A stretch of DNA of 64,000 nt from Capsulimonadales bacterium (GTDB lineage Bacteria; Armatimonadota; Armatimonadia; Armatimonadales; Armatimonadaceae). Of this stretch, positions 40,168 to 50,690 are shown piece by piece; position 1 is the first letter of the stretch; each line of letters begins with the position of its first letter. The stretch covers positions 1-64,000 of the forward strand of contig JANRLW010000018.1 in NCBI GenBank assembly GCA_033762295.1, given 5' to 3'. The position numbers and the translations under genes are program-made. Below the pieces are notes generated by a model, which was not told the origin of the DNA, did not search any database, and was given only the letters and a program-made list of their open reading frames with translations.

Positions 40168-41340
40168 ATGTCTGCCTTGTTTCGTCCGCCCATCGGGGGC
40201 GTTTCGATCGTCCGTACGGTTCGATGTTTCATCGGTCCGTTGATCGGTCTGTTCGTCCTTCTGTTCGCCCTGCCGGCCGGGGCGCACCAGTTTCAGGTGG
40301 AGCCGGTCAGTGTCACGATCCGCCCGCAGGCGACCTTCATTCACGTCGAATTCGTCGGCAATGTTCAGGACATCACCCAGGCGGTGACGGTTCAGGATTC
40401 CGAGAAGCGCGGCGACGAATTCGCGCCCGAAGTTCTCCAGCGAATGACCGAGTATTTGAACGGTCACCTGTTCATCTCTCAGAACGGCGAGGCGCTTCCG
40501 GCCACCGTCACCGTTCTTCGCTTCCAGTCCGGCCTGGACCCGACACAGGCGCGCTTCCGAATGGTGGCGCGGTATCCCCGTGCCATCGTCTCTAAGGACG
40601 CCGAAAAGGCCCCGATCACGATCACCTCCAACCTGTTCGACTACCTGCCCAACGCCGTTTCGATGGTTACGGTCAGCGGACTGGTCCATAAGCTGGTTTC
40701 AGGCGACCCGACGAAAAACTCCGCGACGATCGATCCCTCGGCGTTCGCCTCGAATCTCTTCCGCAATATTCGCGATTTCCTCATCCTCGGGGCCGAGCAT
40801 ATCGTCACCGGTCCGGATCATATTCTGTTTATCCTTGCGTTCCTTCTCGTCGCTCCGAACCTTCCCTCCCTGATCCGAACGCTGACCGGTTTCACGATCG
40901 CACACTCCATCACCCTCGTACTGTCCACTCTCGGAATCGTTCAGTTCGATGCCCGAATCGTCGATATCGCCGTCGCCGCCTCGATCGTCTATGTCGGCGC
41001 GGAAAACTTCTTTCTCAAGGACATGAACCGGCGCTTCTGGGTCGCCAGCGGATTCGGGCTGGTGCATGGACTCGCCTTTGCCGGGAACCTGCGGGACGCC
41101 GGTCTTCCCGAAGGTTCCGCACTGTTCTGGAGTCTGCTGTCCTTCAACCTGGGGGTGGAGATCGCTCAGGTGATTCTCTGCCTGATCGCGTTTCCGCTGG
41201 TGACCCTGTGGCGCACCGGTGTGGAAAAACGCGCCCGATCGGGGGCCATGACCTGGCCGGCCGTCATCCGTGTCACTTCCGCCGGGGTTATCATTGCCGG
41301 CGTCTACTGGCTCATACAGCGAGCCTTCGGGTCCGCCTGA
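40168..41340 (+). CDS. HupE/UreJ family (HupE_UreJ_2-like) membrane protein with exported N-terminal domain
   Basis: AGA|H start; '[14 protein letters not shown]', 'FTIAHSITL', '[10 protein letters not shown]', 'FNLGVEIAQ'. Confidence 0.9.
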   Translation: MSALFRPPIGGVSIVRTVRCFIGPLIGLFVLLFALPAGAHQFQVEPVSVTIRPQATFIHVEFVGNVQDITQAVTVQDSEKRGDEFAPEVLQRMTEYLNGHLFISQNGEALPATVTVLRFQSGLDPTQARFRMVARYPRAIVSKDAEKAPITITSNLFDYLPNAVSMVTVSGLVHKLVSGDPTKNSATIDPSAFASNLFRNIRDFLILGAEHIVTGPDHILFILAFLLVAPNLPSLIRTLTGFTIAHSITLVLSTLGIVQFDARIVDIAVAASIVYVGAENFFLKDMNRRFWVASGFGLVHGLAFAGNLRDAGLPEGSALFWSLLSFNLGVEIAQVILCLIAFPLVTLWRTGVEKRARSGAMTWPAVIRVTSAGVIIAGVYWLIQRAFGSA

Positions 41341-41426
41341 AAACGGACCACCGGAAAAGGATTTCACCGAAACTCAATCATCGATTCGTACATCCGTCGT
41401 TGGTACATATCGGAAAAGGTAAGAAA

Positions 41427-42215
41427 ATGAAACCGTTGTTCGTTGGTCGCCCTGTTTGCGCCTCCGGGGCCAGGGCCGCCTTTACGCTGATCGAACTGCT
41501 CGTCGTCATCGCAATAATAGCGATACTGGCAGCCATCCTGTTCCCGGTCTTCGCCCAGGCCCGCGAAAAAGCCCGTCAGACGACCTGTCTTTCCAACCAG
41601 AAGCAGATCATGCTCGCTCAGATGATGTACGTCCAGGACTATGACGAGCGGTTCTGTGAAACCCATCATGACCTGGAAGAAGGGGAAACGGTGGCGGACC
41701 TCTATGTCTGGTACCAGCCGCTGCAGCCCTATATCAAGAACGATGGCATCTTCCGCTGCCCGTCGCTCAGCGATACGCCGACCCTCTTCCCGTCGTTTAT
41801 GACGCCGGACATCTGGCGGACCGTCCGTACCGACTATCTGATCAACGGCTTTTTCTCCCATGGCATCGCCCTGGCGGCGGTAGCCACTCCCGCCGAACAG
41901 ATCGTCATCGCCGAGCGGAATCGGAACATCGCGTTCTTCGATTACCATCCCTGGGCCTCCGCGCCGGACGGTCAGTGGGAGCGGGGCTTCATCGACGGAT
42001 CGAACTACCGGCTGACCGATCCCGAGTCCGGCGCTCAGGTGATCGATCCCAGTAACCGGGGTCGCCATTCGGAGGGCAGCAACTACGGGTTCGCCGACGG
42101 TCACGTCAAGTATATGAAGTTCACCGCCACCCTCGACCGGAACAAACCGGTGGACGATGTCACCAACGTCGGCATGCACAACCGGGACAACCTGCCGCCG
42201 AACGACGAGCATTAA
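41427..42215 (+). CDS. Prepilin-type/DUF1559-like protein with H-X9-DG motif
   Basis: [33 protein letters not shown]; '[15 protein letters not shown]'; 'ETHHDLEE'. Confidence 0.92.
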   Translation: MKPLFVGRPVCASGARAAFTLIELLVVIAIIAILAAILFPVFAQAREKARQTTCLSNQKQIMLAQMMYVQDYDERFCETHHDLEEGETVADLYVWYQPLQPYIKNDGIFRCPSLSDTPTLFPSFMTPDIWRTVRTDYLINGFFSHGIALAAVATPAEQIVIAERNRNIAFFDYHPWASAPDGQWERGFIDGSNYRLTDPESGAQVIDPSNRGRHSEGSNYGFADGHVKYMKFTATLDRNKPVDDVTNVGMHNRDNLPPNDEH

Positions 42216-42228
42216 TCCCCGGTTCCTC

Positions 42229-42266
42229 CGTCCCGCCGATCGTCCGAACGGTCCGTCGGCGGGACG
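42229..42266. terminator. Hairpin between convergent genes
   Basis: cgtcccgccga ... tcggcgggacg inverted repeat. Confidence 0.5.
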
Positions 42267-42267
42267 T

Positions 42268-42930
42268 TCACGCCCGTTGCGACCGCCCGCCCGCCAGATT
42301 GTGCGCCCGGCGTGTCGTCTCCGGCAAACGATACCCCCGAACACAGGCCAGCACCAGACGCACCGCCGTTTCAAGATCGATCCGGTGACCGACCGAAACG
42401 ATCAGCGGATTGGTCCGCTTCTTCGCGCGAACCGCCATGCCCAGCACCTCGCCCCGGTAGGTCAGCGGCGACACACTGCCCGGTTCCTCACCCGGCTCCT
42501 CGTATTTTCCGGTCAGCACCGACTTGGCGACACCGATCGTCGGACGGTCCAGCAGGACGCCGAGATGACAGGCGATGCCGAACCGCCGGGGATGGGCGAT
42601 TCCCTGTCCGTCGAGCATCAGGAGATCCGGCAACGCCGACAGCTTCGCCAGGGCATCGAGCGCGAGCGGCGACTCGCGAAACGACAGCAGTCCGGGCACA
42701 TACGGAAATTCGGCGCGGGCGGTCGCGGTCGCCTCCTCGACCACGGTCAGGTCGGGATAGGAGAGGACCACGACGCTGGCCTTGCCCTCGTCCCGATAGG
42801 AGGCATCGATCCCGGCAACCGTTCGCAAGGCGTCCGGATCGAAATCGTTCGTCGTTCGGACCTGCGCGGCGAGTTCCCTCTGTACGGCGATCGCCTCGTC
42901 CACGGTCAGGTCCCAGCGATGCCACGGCAT
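42268..42930 (-). CDS. nfi: Endonuclease V
   Basis: 'FPYVPGLLSFRE', 'DGQGIAHPRRFGIACHLG', 'IGVAKS', 'YRLPET'. Confidence 0.96.
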   Translation of the reverse strand: MPWHRWDLTVDEAIAVQRELAAQVRTTNDFDPDALRTVAGIDASYRDEGKASVVVLSYPDLTVVEEATATARAEFPYVPGLLSFRESPLALDALAKLSALPDLLMLDGQGIAHPRRFGIACHLGVLLDRPTIGVAKSVLTGKYEEPGEEPGSVSPLTYRGEVLGMAVRAKKRTNPLIVSVGHRIDLETAVRLVLACVRGYRLPETTRRAHNLAGGRSQRA

Positions 42931-42954
42931 GGTGATGCTTCTCTCCTCTCGGGC

Positions 42955-44052
42955 CTATCGGGCGACGGTCGCGGCGTCGGGCAGGGACGCATTCTCCGCA
43001 AAGCCGACGAACACCGGTTCCGGGGCGAGCGAGACTTCCCAGGCGTCCCGAACCCGGTTCTGCACCTCGCGGGCGGTCAGGGCGATATCCTCCCCGGTCG
43101 CCCCACCCCGGTTGGTCAACGCCAGGATATGTTTCGTGGAGAGCGCGACCCGTCCGTCACGGAACGCCTGTCCGCGCGTCAGACCGGCCGTCTCCATCAG
43201 GAAAGCGGCGGGCAGCTTGACCGTGCCGTCGGGCTGCGGATAGTTCGGAACCGGGTCGATCCCGCGCCGTTTCGCCCGTTCGCGCAACGCCTCAAAGCGT
43301 TCCGCGCTCAGGACCGGATTTTTGAAAAAGGACCCGGCACTGCGAGTATCGGGGTCCGCCGGGTCGGAAACCATCCCCTTCCGCGCCCGAATCTCCCGGA
43401 CGGCATGATAGGTTTGCTCCGGCGTCGGCGTGGCGTTCGCCCCGAAGTATCGCCGCAGGTCTTCGTATCGAAGGGCCGACGTCTCCCCCTCGCATAGTTC
43501 GAAGGTGACGGTCAGAAGGATTCGGCGGCCGGGTTCCTCATGGTTGAATCGGCTGCGTCGGTAGGCGAAACCGCACTCCGCGCCCGGTATCTCGGCGACC
43601 TGTCCCGTTTCCCGGTCGAACGCCCGGACCGAGCGAATCGTTTCGGAAACCTCCTGCCCGTATGCGCCGACGTTCTGCACCGGGGTTCCTCCGGTCCGGC
43701 CGGGGATTCCGGCGAGGCACTCGATCCCGGTCAGGCCGCGCTCGACACTGGCGCGGACGACCGCATCCCACTCCTCGGCGGCTCCGACCGTCCACCGCTG
43801 TCGTCCGTTCCCGATCCGTTCGACCTCGATTCCCCGGACTTGCGGTGAGAGGATGACGCCGGGGTAGACGCCGGAACTGAGTACGACATTGCTGCCGCCG
43901 CCCAGGAGAAAAACGGGCAATCCGCGGTCGCGGGCAAAGGCAAGGGCGTCCCGCAGTTCGGTCTCCTCGCGGAATTCGATGTAATGGCGGGCGGTCCCGC
44001 CGACCCCGAGAGTCGTCCGGTCCGCGAGCGGGAAACGGTCATGAACGATCAC
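42955..44052 (-). CDS. murB: UDP-N-acetylmuramate dehydrogenase
   Basis: 'LGGGSNV', 'GIPG..GGTPVQNVGAYG', 'SAGSFFKNP', 'KHILALTN'. Confidence 0.96.
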   Translation of the reverse strand: MIVHDRFPLADRTTLGVGGTARHYIEFREETELRDALAFARDRGLPVFLLGGGSNVVLSSGVYPGVILSPQVRGIEVERIGNGRQRWTVGAAEEWDAVVRASVERGLTGIECLAGIPGRTGGTPVQNVGAYGQEVSETIRSVRAFDRETGQVAEIPGAECGFAYRRSRFNHEEPGRRILLTVTFELCEGETSALRYEDLRRYFGANATPTPEQTYHAVREIRARKGMVSDPADPDTRSAGSFFKNPVLSAERFEALRERAKRRGIDPVPNYPQPDGTVKLPAAFLMETAGLTRGQAFRDGRVALSTKHILALTNRGGATGEDIALTAREVQNRVRDAWEVSLAPEPVFVGFAENASLPDAATVAR

Positions 44053-44112
44053 GCGCCATTATACCGTCATACCGTAAGGGATACCGTCCTCCGCTCCCGC
44101 GAACGCGGCGGG

Positions 44113-45783
44113 CTACAGCAGATGCCGGGTGAGATACTCACGATAGAGGCGGCATCGAGGACGCGCCGTCGCCACCGAATCACCGACGACCAACCCCGCC
44201 CCGCGCAGAATATGAAAATGGTCGGCGCCGGGGATCGGTTCGCCCTTCAGCAACGTGCGCATCGCCTGAACGAGTTCCGGGTTGTCCGACAGCGAGGCCA
44301 GCACCCGCCGCAGATGATCGTCGAACAATCCCCCCTCCAGAGTCGCCTGCTCCTCGAAGGTCGCGATATCGAGTTTACGGGCGGCGATTTCGTCCAGCCC
44401 TCGTGAGGTCAGACCGGGCTGCCCTCCGAGAAGGTCATGGAACCGATGAAAGTCGGTTTCATCGCGCAGCGGGGAACCGTACCGCCGGTTCATCTCCCAC
44501 ACCTCTTCCGCGCGAAAATCGGACAGCGTCAGCCGCTTGCCGACATTGAACGGCGACTGGTTCAAATCCGTGATGAAGAGGTGCGCCTCGGTCGCATAGG
44601 CGATCGCCATCGTCATTCGCGACCAGGGACCGGTCGGATCGAGCGAGCGGCGATTGTGCCAGGAACGAAACAGCCCGAACACCTCGGAGCCGAACGAGCA
44701 GGTGAAGAGCCGGTCGACTTCGTCCAGTCCCCAGACCAGCGGCTGCTCGAACGAACCGAAGACCTCTTTTCGGAGGTAGCGTTCCAGGTTCATGTTCGGG
44801 CTGCGTTTTTCGTTCCAGACGTCCTCGGGCAGGACGCTCAGATCGAGCTGGTCGGCGATCATGTTGGCCAGTTCGCGATAGAGCGCGTCTGCGGAGGCGA
44901 GATGGACGGCGGAAAGCGATTGAAAGTCGGTGAAGATCACGCGTGCGCCGCGCTCGCGCGCCTGCTGCAGTCCGCGCGCGAGAAGTGAGGTCTTCCCCAT
45001 CTGTCGTCCGCCCTTGACCAGTACGATGCTTTCCTGATCGTCGATATGCTGGCGGAAATCGTGGTCGGTCGGTCGGACGATATAGAACTCGGAATCGAGC
45101 GGGACCGCGCCGCCGACCGGGCCACGTTTGGTACGCGGCGCGACGACGGTTCGATCGTCGGAGTAGGCCGGCCGATCGTTTCGAAACCGGACGCGCAGAG
45201 GCGTTTCCGGATTGCCGACCTCCCCCTGACGCAGGTTGAACAGGTGAATCCGGTCCCCGTGCTTGACCTCCACCTCCCCGATATCGGTCAGGCAGTTGCG
45301 CCAGGTCTCGAACTCGGACAGGTCGTTCGCCACCCGTTCGGAGACCAGAATATGCCCGGCATCTCCGCAGTCCATCACTCGCTGCGCCAGATTGATCCCG
45401 CTTCCGGTGACGGTCAGTTGCCCGTTGATATCGATGACCCGCGACACCGGTCCGCTATGGATACCCATCCGGACCTTCAGCTGATCGTACCTCTCGGACT
45501 TCAGAACACGGGCGATTTCGGTGGCGCACTGGGCGGGCGCGAGCGGGTCGCGGAAAAAGGTCATCCACATGCCGTCGCCGCTGTCGCCACGGAGCAGTTC
45601 CCCGGCCGCCTCCGCACGCACAAACTCCGGCGTCTCACGAACGATCTCTCTCAGTTGACCGGTGATACGCGCCTGGTCCTCGAAGGAAAGGCGGCTATAC
45701 CCGACGAGGTCCACGAACAGAACATGCGCAATCTCGGCATTGATGCGCCCATACCCTTTGGTGACTTCAGGAGACAAATCCAC
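44113..45783 (-). CDS. Class III nucleotide cyclase fused to AAA_35-like NTPase
   Basis: 'LFVDLVGYS', 'GDG', 'RMGIHSG', 'INLAQR'; Walker A GGRQMGKTS, 'LDEVD', 'NQSPFNVG'. Confidence 0.85.
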   Translation of the reverse strand: MDLSPEVTKGYGRINAEIAHVLFVDLVGYSRLSFEDQARITGQLREIVRETPEFVRAEAAGELLRGDSGDGMWMTFFRDPLAPAQCATEIARVLKSERYDQLKVRMGIHSGPVSRVIDINGQLTVTGSGINLAQRVMDCGDAGHILVSERVANDLSEFETWRNCLTDIGEVEVKHGDRIHLFNLRQGEVGNPETPLRVRFRNDRPAYSDDRTVVAPRTKRGPVGGAVPLDSEFYIVRPTDHDFRQHIDDQESIVLVKGGRQMGKTSLLARGLQQARERGARVIFTDFQSLSAVHLASADALYRELANMIADQLDLSVLPEDVWNEKRSPNMNLERYLRKEVFGSFEQPLVWGLDEVDRLFTCSFGSEVFGLFRSWHNRRSLDPTGPWSRMTMAIAYATEAHLFITDLNQSPFNVGKRLTLSDFRAEEVWEMNRRYGSPLRDETDFHRFHDLLGGQPGLTSRGLDEIAARKLDIATFEEQATLEGGLFDDHLRRVLASLSDNPELVQAMRTLLKGEPIPGADHFHILRGAGLVVGDSVATARPRCRLYREYLTRHLL

Positions 45784-46122
45784 GCTCCCTCCGACAGAAA
45801 AATACGTCGACTCCCCTCGTTTTCGCCCGCGTTGACCGGCAGGAATAACGATATCAGGTTAAGGAAAATCGGCTTGAATGCTACGGCTTGTCTTCTGATT
45901 CTATCGTATTTTGTTCGGTCCGTCGTCGCCCCGGAAATTCTACCTGCCATAACCTCGCTCGACAGGAATATGGATCTGCTGTAAACTGCAACAACCGTTA
46001 CCGCAGGATCGGGCAGGACCGGGCCTGCCGTCGTTCCTCCCCGTTGAAGGACGCGATGTCTCCTCCGGTCTGATCGGTCAGGAGACGGACGCACCACGGT
46101 ACGTTCCCGGAAGGAGTTTGCC

Positions 46123-46764
46123 ATGTTTCGCATTGCCGCAGACCGTCGGATCAGGCCCCTCGATCGTACCGCGCTCTGCTTCGCTTGCCTCCTGTTCGCC
46201 GGGTTGACTCCCGTATCCGCCCAGGACGCTCCGAACGGGAAGACACCGGAGATTCCGCCGACCGACCGCACGCCTCCGTCCGCTCCGGAAATGACGCCCG
46301 AGGAGTATATCCGGAAGGCGACGATCTATAGCCGGGTGGGAGACTATACCAAAGCGGTCGCGGTCCTGACCAAAGCGATCGAGGAACAGCCCAATACCGC
46401 CCAGTTGTTCCTCCACCGGGGACAGGCGTATATCCGCATGGCGGCGGCCGAACAGAGAATTGTCGAATGTACACGGGCGATCAGCAGGAACGGCGAGGAT
46501 ACCGTCTCCTTCCTGCATCGGGGTTTCGCCTACTACAACATCGGAAACTACCTGCAGGCAATTTCGGATTATACCCGGGCGATCGTCCGACAGCCCGACT
46601 ACGCAGCCGCCTACCTGGGGCGCGGTCTGGCCTTTATCGCCGCCGGCAAACGCACGGAGGGGATGGCCGATTACGAACGAGCGTTACGGCTCCGCCCGGA
46701 ACTGCAACGCGCCGATCCCCGCTACCTGTTGATGGTGCGGTTTGATGATCCGATTCGACGGTAA
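46123..46764 (+). CDS. Secreted TPR protein
   Basis: Signal peptide; 'AISDYTRAI...PDYAAAYLGRG' TPR repeats. Confidence 0.85.
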   Translation: MFRIAADRRIRPLDRTALCFACLLFAGLTPVSAQDAPNGKTPEIPPTDRTPPSAPEMTPEEYIRKATIYSRVGDYTKAVAVLTKAIEEQPNTAQLFLHRGQAYIRMAAAEQRIVECTRAISRNGEDTVSFLHRGFAYYNIGNYLQAISDYTRAIVRQPDYAAAYLGRGLAFIAAGKRTEGMADYERALRLRPELQRADPRYLLMVRFDDPIRR

Positions 46765-46796
46765 GCCGCACACTCCGTAACCCCTTCGACCCGCCG

Positions 46797-48005
46797 TCAC
46801 GTCGAGACGATCCGTACGGTTTCCAGCGTCTCCGGGTGCAGGGCGATTTCCAGCGAGCGGCTGTCGGTGACGCTCTCCAGACGGGTTACCAGCAGCGGAC
46901 CGTCCGCCGACTCCACCCGGAACGGCTCGAGCGTCCGGAGCCGTGGCGTCGATTGCCAGAACCGCTGAGCGGCGGGCAGATGCCGGGCGATTTCATGGAT
47001 CTCGATCGCCGTCGCGCTCCGGCAGCGCTCGCACTCGGTAAACAGCCCGTTCCGACCGTGATAGAACGACCATGGGAACGATTCGGGCGCGACGGTGAAG
47101 ACCGGAACGGGAAAATGACCGCACCGGAGACAGCGCGCGGACCGTTCCCGGATCAGACGCGCCGTGTGCTCGCTCCACCAGCGGTTGACCCGGTTGAGCG
47201 CGGGTTTGAACCCCTTGACGCCGTCCAGCAACTCGGAACAGTGCCCCATAAACAGGAACGCGCCCTCATGCCGACTGCAGCCCGGACAGCGTAGCGAAAA
47301 CGTCAGTTGCCGGTTTCGTTCAGCCCCTTCGGAGGGGCTTTTGAACCCGAGAAACCCTTCCAGCCGGTGCATGCCGCAGTCGGGACACCAGAGCCGCGTT
47401 TCCTGCCAGAGGAGCGAACCCTCGTCGATCAGGCCGAGCGCCACCGTTTCCGTACGCATCTCCGAATGGGTCAGCACCCGCCGAAGCGCCTGCCGGCTCC
47501 GGTGCAGTTGAACGACCGCCGTCGCCTCGCGGACGCCCCGCCGGGCCGCAATCTCCTCGATCGGTAACTCGCGGATATACCGATCGACCAGCAGGTCCTG
47601 CGCCACGGAAGGCAGACGATCGAGGGCGCGATCCAGCAGTCGGGAAATATCGTCCCGGTCCAGCAGTTCGCTCAGATCGGGCACCGAGGCATCGACCAGC
47701 ATCTCGTAGTCCGTGGCAGGATTGTCTCCGCTGGCGGTCACCAGACGCTCCCGCTCGACCCCCGCCTTTCGCAGGTAGCGCAGGCAGACGTTCCGGGCGA
47801 TCCCGTTCAGCCACGCCTGCCATACGTCTCCGTTCTTCAGCGAATGACGCTGCCGCCAGGCGATGGCCAGGGTCTCCTGCGCCAGGTCCTCGGCGACCTC
47901 CGCGCTGTGGACCTGCCGGGCGCAGAGTCGGACGATCCGTCCACGTTCGGCAGCCAGCCGAAGGGGATCGAGCGCGAACCTTTCACTATGGGGAACTCGA
48001 TGCAT
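46797..48005 (-). CDS. ECF sigma factor with Cys-rich C-terminal extension
   Basis: 'AEDLAQET', 'WLNGIARN', region 4 'EEIA...QLHRSRQALR'; CPDC, CPGC, CLRC, CERC. Confidence 0.85.
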   Translation of the reverse strand: MHRVPHSERFALDPLRLAAERGRIVRLCARQVHSAEVAEDLAQETLAIAWRQRHSLKNGDVWQAWLNGIARNVCLRYLRKAGVERERLVTASGDNPATDYEMLVDASVPDLSELLDRDDISRLLDRALDRLPSVAQDLLVDRYIRELPIEEIAARRGVREATAVVQLHRSRQALRRVLTHSEMRTETVALGLIDEGSLLWQETRLWCPDCGMHRLEGFLGFKSPSEGAERNRQLTFSLRCPGCSRHEGAFLFMGHCSELLDGVKGFKPALNRVNRWWSEHTARLIRERSARCLRCGHFPVPVFTVAPESFPWSFYHGRNGLFTECERCRSATAIEIHEIARHLPAAQRFWQSTPRLRTLEPFRVESADGPLLVTRLESVTDSRSLEIALHPETLETVRIVST

Positions 48006-48147
48006 CCTTTACTCCTCCGCCGTCCTTACCGGGTACGCCGGTCCTGTGGGAACGGTGACCCTGTCAGCGATCCTGTCGGTATCCGGTATAATCCTTGTCG
48101 CGCAATCCGGGCGGAAATAACAAAAAATCCCTCGGTTCCCAAAAAAC

Positions 48148-48657
48148 TCAGCGTCCGTTTCCCCCGGTTCGCTCTTTCCGTTGTTCGAGCCAGCGAACGT
48201 ACTCCGGATGGTCCCGCGCCGCCTTCCAGCGTTCGTAAAAGATTCGCGCGGACTCCGCCTTGATCGGGTCCTCGGGCGAACGCGGCAGTTCGGCGCGTCC
48301 GTGCGACCCGCTGCGCCCCTTTTTGTCGTCGGGAACCGGTCCGTCGTATTTTCGGCCACCGCGATGATTGGCATACCGCCGCGCCCGTGTGTAACCCATT
48401 TGGAGAAATTTCCGTGCCATATCGGCCCCGACGTAATCCCCGAGTTCCAGATAGTGATGAAACATTTGCAGGATCGTGTCCGCCGAACGGCGGGCCAGTT
48501 CCGGGGTGGCGAATCTCCAGTGCGGGAGAATTTCGCTTTTGTAAGGTTCGACGAGCAGGACTCCCTGCTCGCCTTTACCGACGCGATAGAGTTCGGGATG
48601 CTTCCGAAAGTCGATCGATCGAAAGTCCAGGGAATAATCGAAGGTATCGCCGGTCAT
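48148..48657 (-). CDS. DUF4385 family protein
   Basis: 'YRVGKGEQGVLLVEPYKSEILPHWRF', 'DMARKFLQMGYTRARRYANH'. Confidence 0.88.
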   Translation of the reverse strand: MTGDTFDYSLDFRSIDFRKHPELYRVGKGEQGVLLVEPYKSEILPHWRFATPELARRSADTILQMFHHYLELGDYVGADMARKFLQMGYTRARRYANHRGGRKYDGPVPDDKKGRSGSHGRAELPRSPEDPIKAESARIFYERWKAARDHPEYVRWLEQRKERTGGNGR

Positions 48658-48724
48658 ACCCGAAAGACGGCGGCGGACACGACACGTTCCCGAACGCGTT
48701 CCCGAACGCGCCCCGTCATCCCGT

Positions 48725-49864
48725 TCACTCCCAGCGGAACGTCCGAACCGCAACAACCAGCGCCAGGACCAGATAGACGCCCAGAACGGCGAAATCCGTG
48801 GGCAGTGGGTGCAGACCGCCCGCGTTCAGCATCATCTGCCGCAAAATATCGCCCAGATAGGTCGTCGGCAGGATCGCCGCGATCGGCCGCACGACATCCG
48901 GCAGCATCTCCAGCGGAAGGAGCAGTCCGGAAAGCAACATCAACGGGAGATTGATTACCTGAACGAGCGACATTCCGGCGTCCTGAGTGCGTGCCACGGA
49001 TGCCAGAACCGCCCCGATGGCGATAAAAATCAACAGTCCGAACAGCAATACCGGCAGTACGTCCAGCGGCGAACAGGCCATCCGGAACCCGAAGACCGCC
49101 CGGCCCAACAGAAGGATCAGCGTCGCCTGTACGACTCCGACAATCAGCCGTTGCGTCACCTGCGCGGCGACGACCGTCCCGGCGGGTATCGGTGTCGCCC
49201 GCAGCCGCTTCAGAACGCCTCGCTCCCGCAGCGTGATCAACGGGATCGCCGTGAACAGTCCCAGTTGCATCATGGTCACCGCGAACAGCCCCGGAAGGAC
49301 GAAATCGAGCGGTCGAATCTCCTCCGACCGTTCTCCCCCGGTGCGATCCACCGTTTCCTCCCGCGCTTCCAGCAGTGAGGGCGTGTTGGTGATCTGTCGA
49401 TCCATCGCCGCGATCGCCTGACGCAGGGCGTTGCGCACCGGTTGAGTGATCGGTTCCGGTTGTGTCGGATCATAGAGCACCCGGACCGGCGTGGTCCGTC
49501 CCTGCATCAATCGGACGGCGAAGTCGGGCGGGAAGACGACCAGGGCATGGCGGTCTCCGCGCAGCAGCGCCTCCTTCTCCTGTGGCAGCGGTCCGATATG
49601 CGTTTCGAAGTAGGGAATACGGCGGAAAGCGTCGGCGGTGTAGGTCATCTCCGCTCCGACTCTTTCTCCGGAGAACACCAGACCGATCGGAAAACGAGCG
49701 GGTTCCTCCCGCCCCATCTTTCCGAAGAGGGAACCGAAGACCAGAACCAGGAGCAGAGGCAGCAAAAAACTCCAGACCAGAGCGGCCCGGTCCCGCGAGA
49801 ACGCTCGCAGGTTCGCCCCGGTCAGGTGCAGGTAAGCCCGCAGGTTCGCCCGGATCGACATCAC
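48725..49864 (-). CDS. ABC-2 exporter permease
   Basis: 'RERGVLKRLRATP', 'LSGLLLP', multiple TM helices. Confidence 0.9.
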   Translation of the reverse strand: MMSIRANLRAYLHLTGANLRAFSRDRAALVWSFLLPLLLVLVFGSLFGKMGREEPARFPIGLVFSGERVGAEMTYTADAFRRIPYFETHIGPLPQEKEALLRGDRHALVVFPPDFAVRLMQGRTTPVRVLYDPTQPEPITQPVRNALRQAIAAMDRQITNTPSLLEAREETVDRTGGERSEEIRPLDFVLPGLFAVTMMQLGLFTAIPLITLRERGVLKRLRATPIPAGTVVAAQVTQRLIVGVVQATLILLLGRAVFGFRMACSPLDVLPVLLFGLLIFIAIGAVLASVARTQDAGMSLVQVINLPLMLLSGLLLPLEMLPDVVRPIAAILPTTYLGDILRQMMLNAGGLHPLPTDFAVLGVYLVLALVVAVRTFRWE

Positions 49865-50649
49865 TCCTCCTCCTGCCAGAGCGCTCGGCCGGTCAGTTTC
49901 AGGAAGACATCCTCCAGGGTCGGGCCGGGCGTCGGCGGGGATCGGTCGGGAAAGTGGGTGCGAATCAGGCCCCGGGGAGAATCGAGCGCCAGCAGATGCC
50001 CCCGGTCGAGAATCGCGATCCGGTCGCAGAGCCGTTCGGCCTCCTCCATGTAGTGTGTCGTCAGCAGGATGGTCGTTTCGTTGCGGCGCAGATCGGCGAT
50101 CACCTCCCAGAGTCCGCGCCGGGCGTGCGGGTCCAGTCCGGTCGTCGGTTCGTCCAGAAAAACGATCTCCGGATTTCCGACCAGAGCGAGCGCGATCGAG
50201 AGCCGCTGCTGCTGACCGCCGGACAGGGTTTGGACGATGGCATTGCCTTTCTCCGCGATGCCCAGCCGCTCCAGCAGTCGCCCGGGCGGCGTCGGGTCCG
50301 GATAGAAACTGCCCCAGAGCGTCAGCAGTTCGCGGCAGGTCAGGTTCGGCAGGAGAGTGGACGACTGGGTGGCGACGCCGATCCGCTGTTTGACGCGGGT
50401 CGTCTCCTTGCGCAGGTCCATGCCGAGCACCCGGATCGCGCCGCTATCCGCCGGACGCAATCCCTCGATGATCTCGACGATGGTCGTTTTCCCTGCGCCG
50501 TTGGGTCCGAGCAGTCCGAAGACTTCGCCCCGGGCCACCGTAAAGGAGACGCCGTTCACTGCCGGCGTACGACGGTAGGTCTTGATCAGTCGTTCGACTT
50601 CGATTGCGGGAACCTCGGGGGGTCGTTTCGGGGCGGAGACAGGTGACAA
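49861..50649 (-). CDS. ABC exporter ATP-binding protein
   Basis: GPNGAGKTT, LSGGQQQR, LDEPTTGLD, TTHYMEEA. Confidence 0.95.
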   Translation of the reverse strand: MSPVSAPKRPPEVPAIEVERLIKTYRRTPAVNGVSFTVARGEVFGLLGPNGAGKTTIVEIIEGLRPADSGAIRVLGMDLRKETTRVKQRIGVATQSSTLLPNLTCRELLTLWGSFYPDPTPPGRLLERLGIAEKGNAIVQTLSGGQQQRLSIALALVGNPEIVFLDEPTTGLDPHARRGLWEVIADLRRNETTILLTTHYMEEAERLCDRIAILDRGHLLALDSPRGLIRTHFPDRSPPTPGPTLEDVFLKLTGRALWQEEE

Positions 50650-50690
50650 AGTATCGTATTTTACGGCGTTCGGCGGCCACGTCGCAAAGT

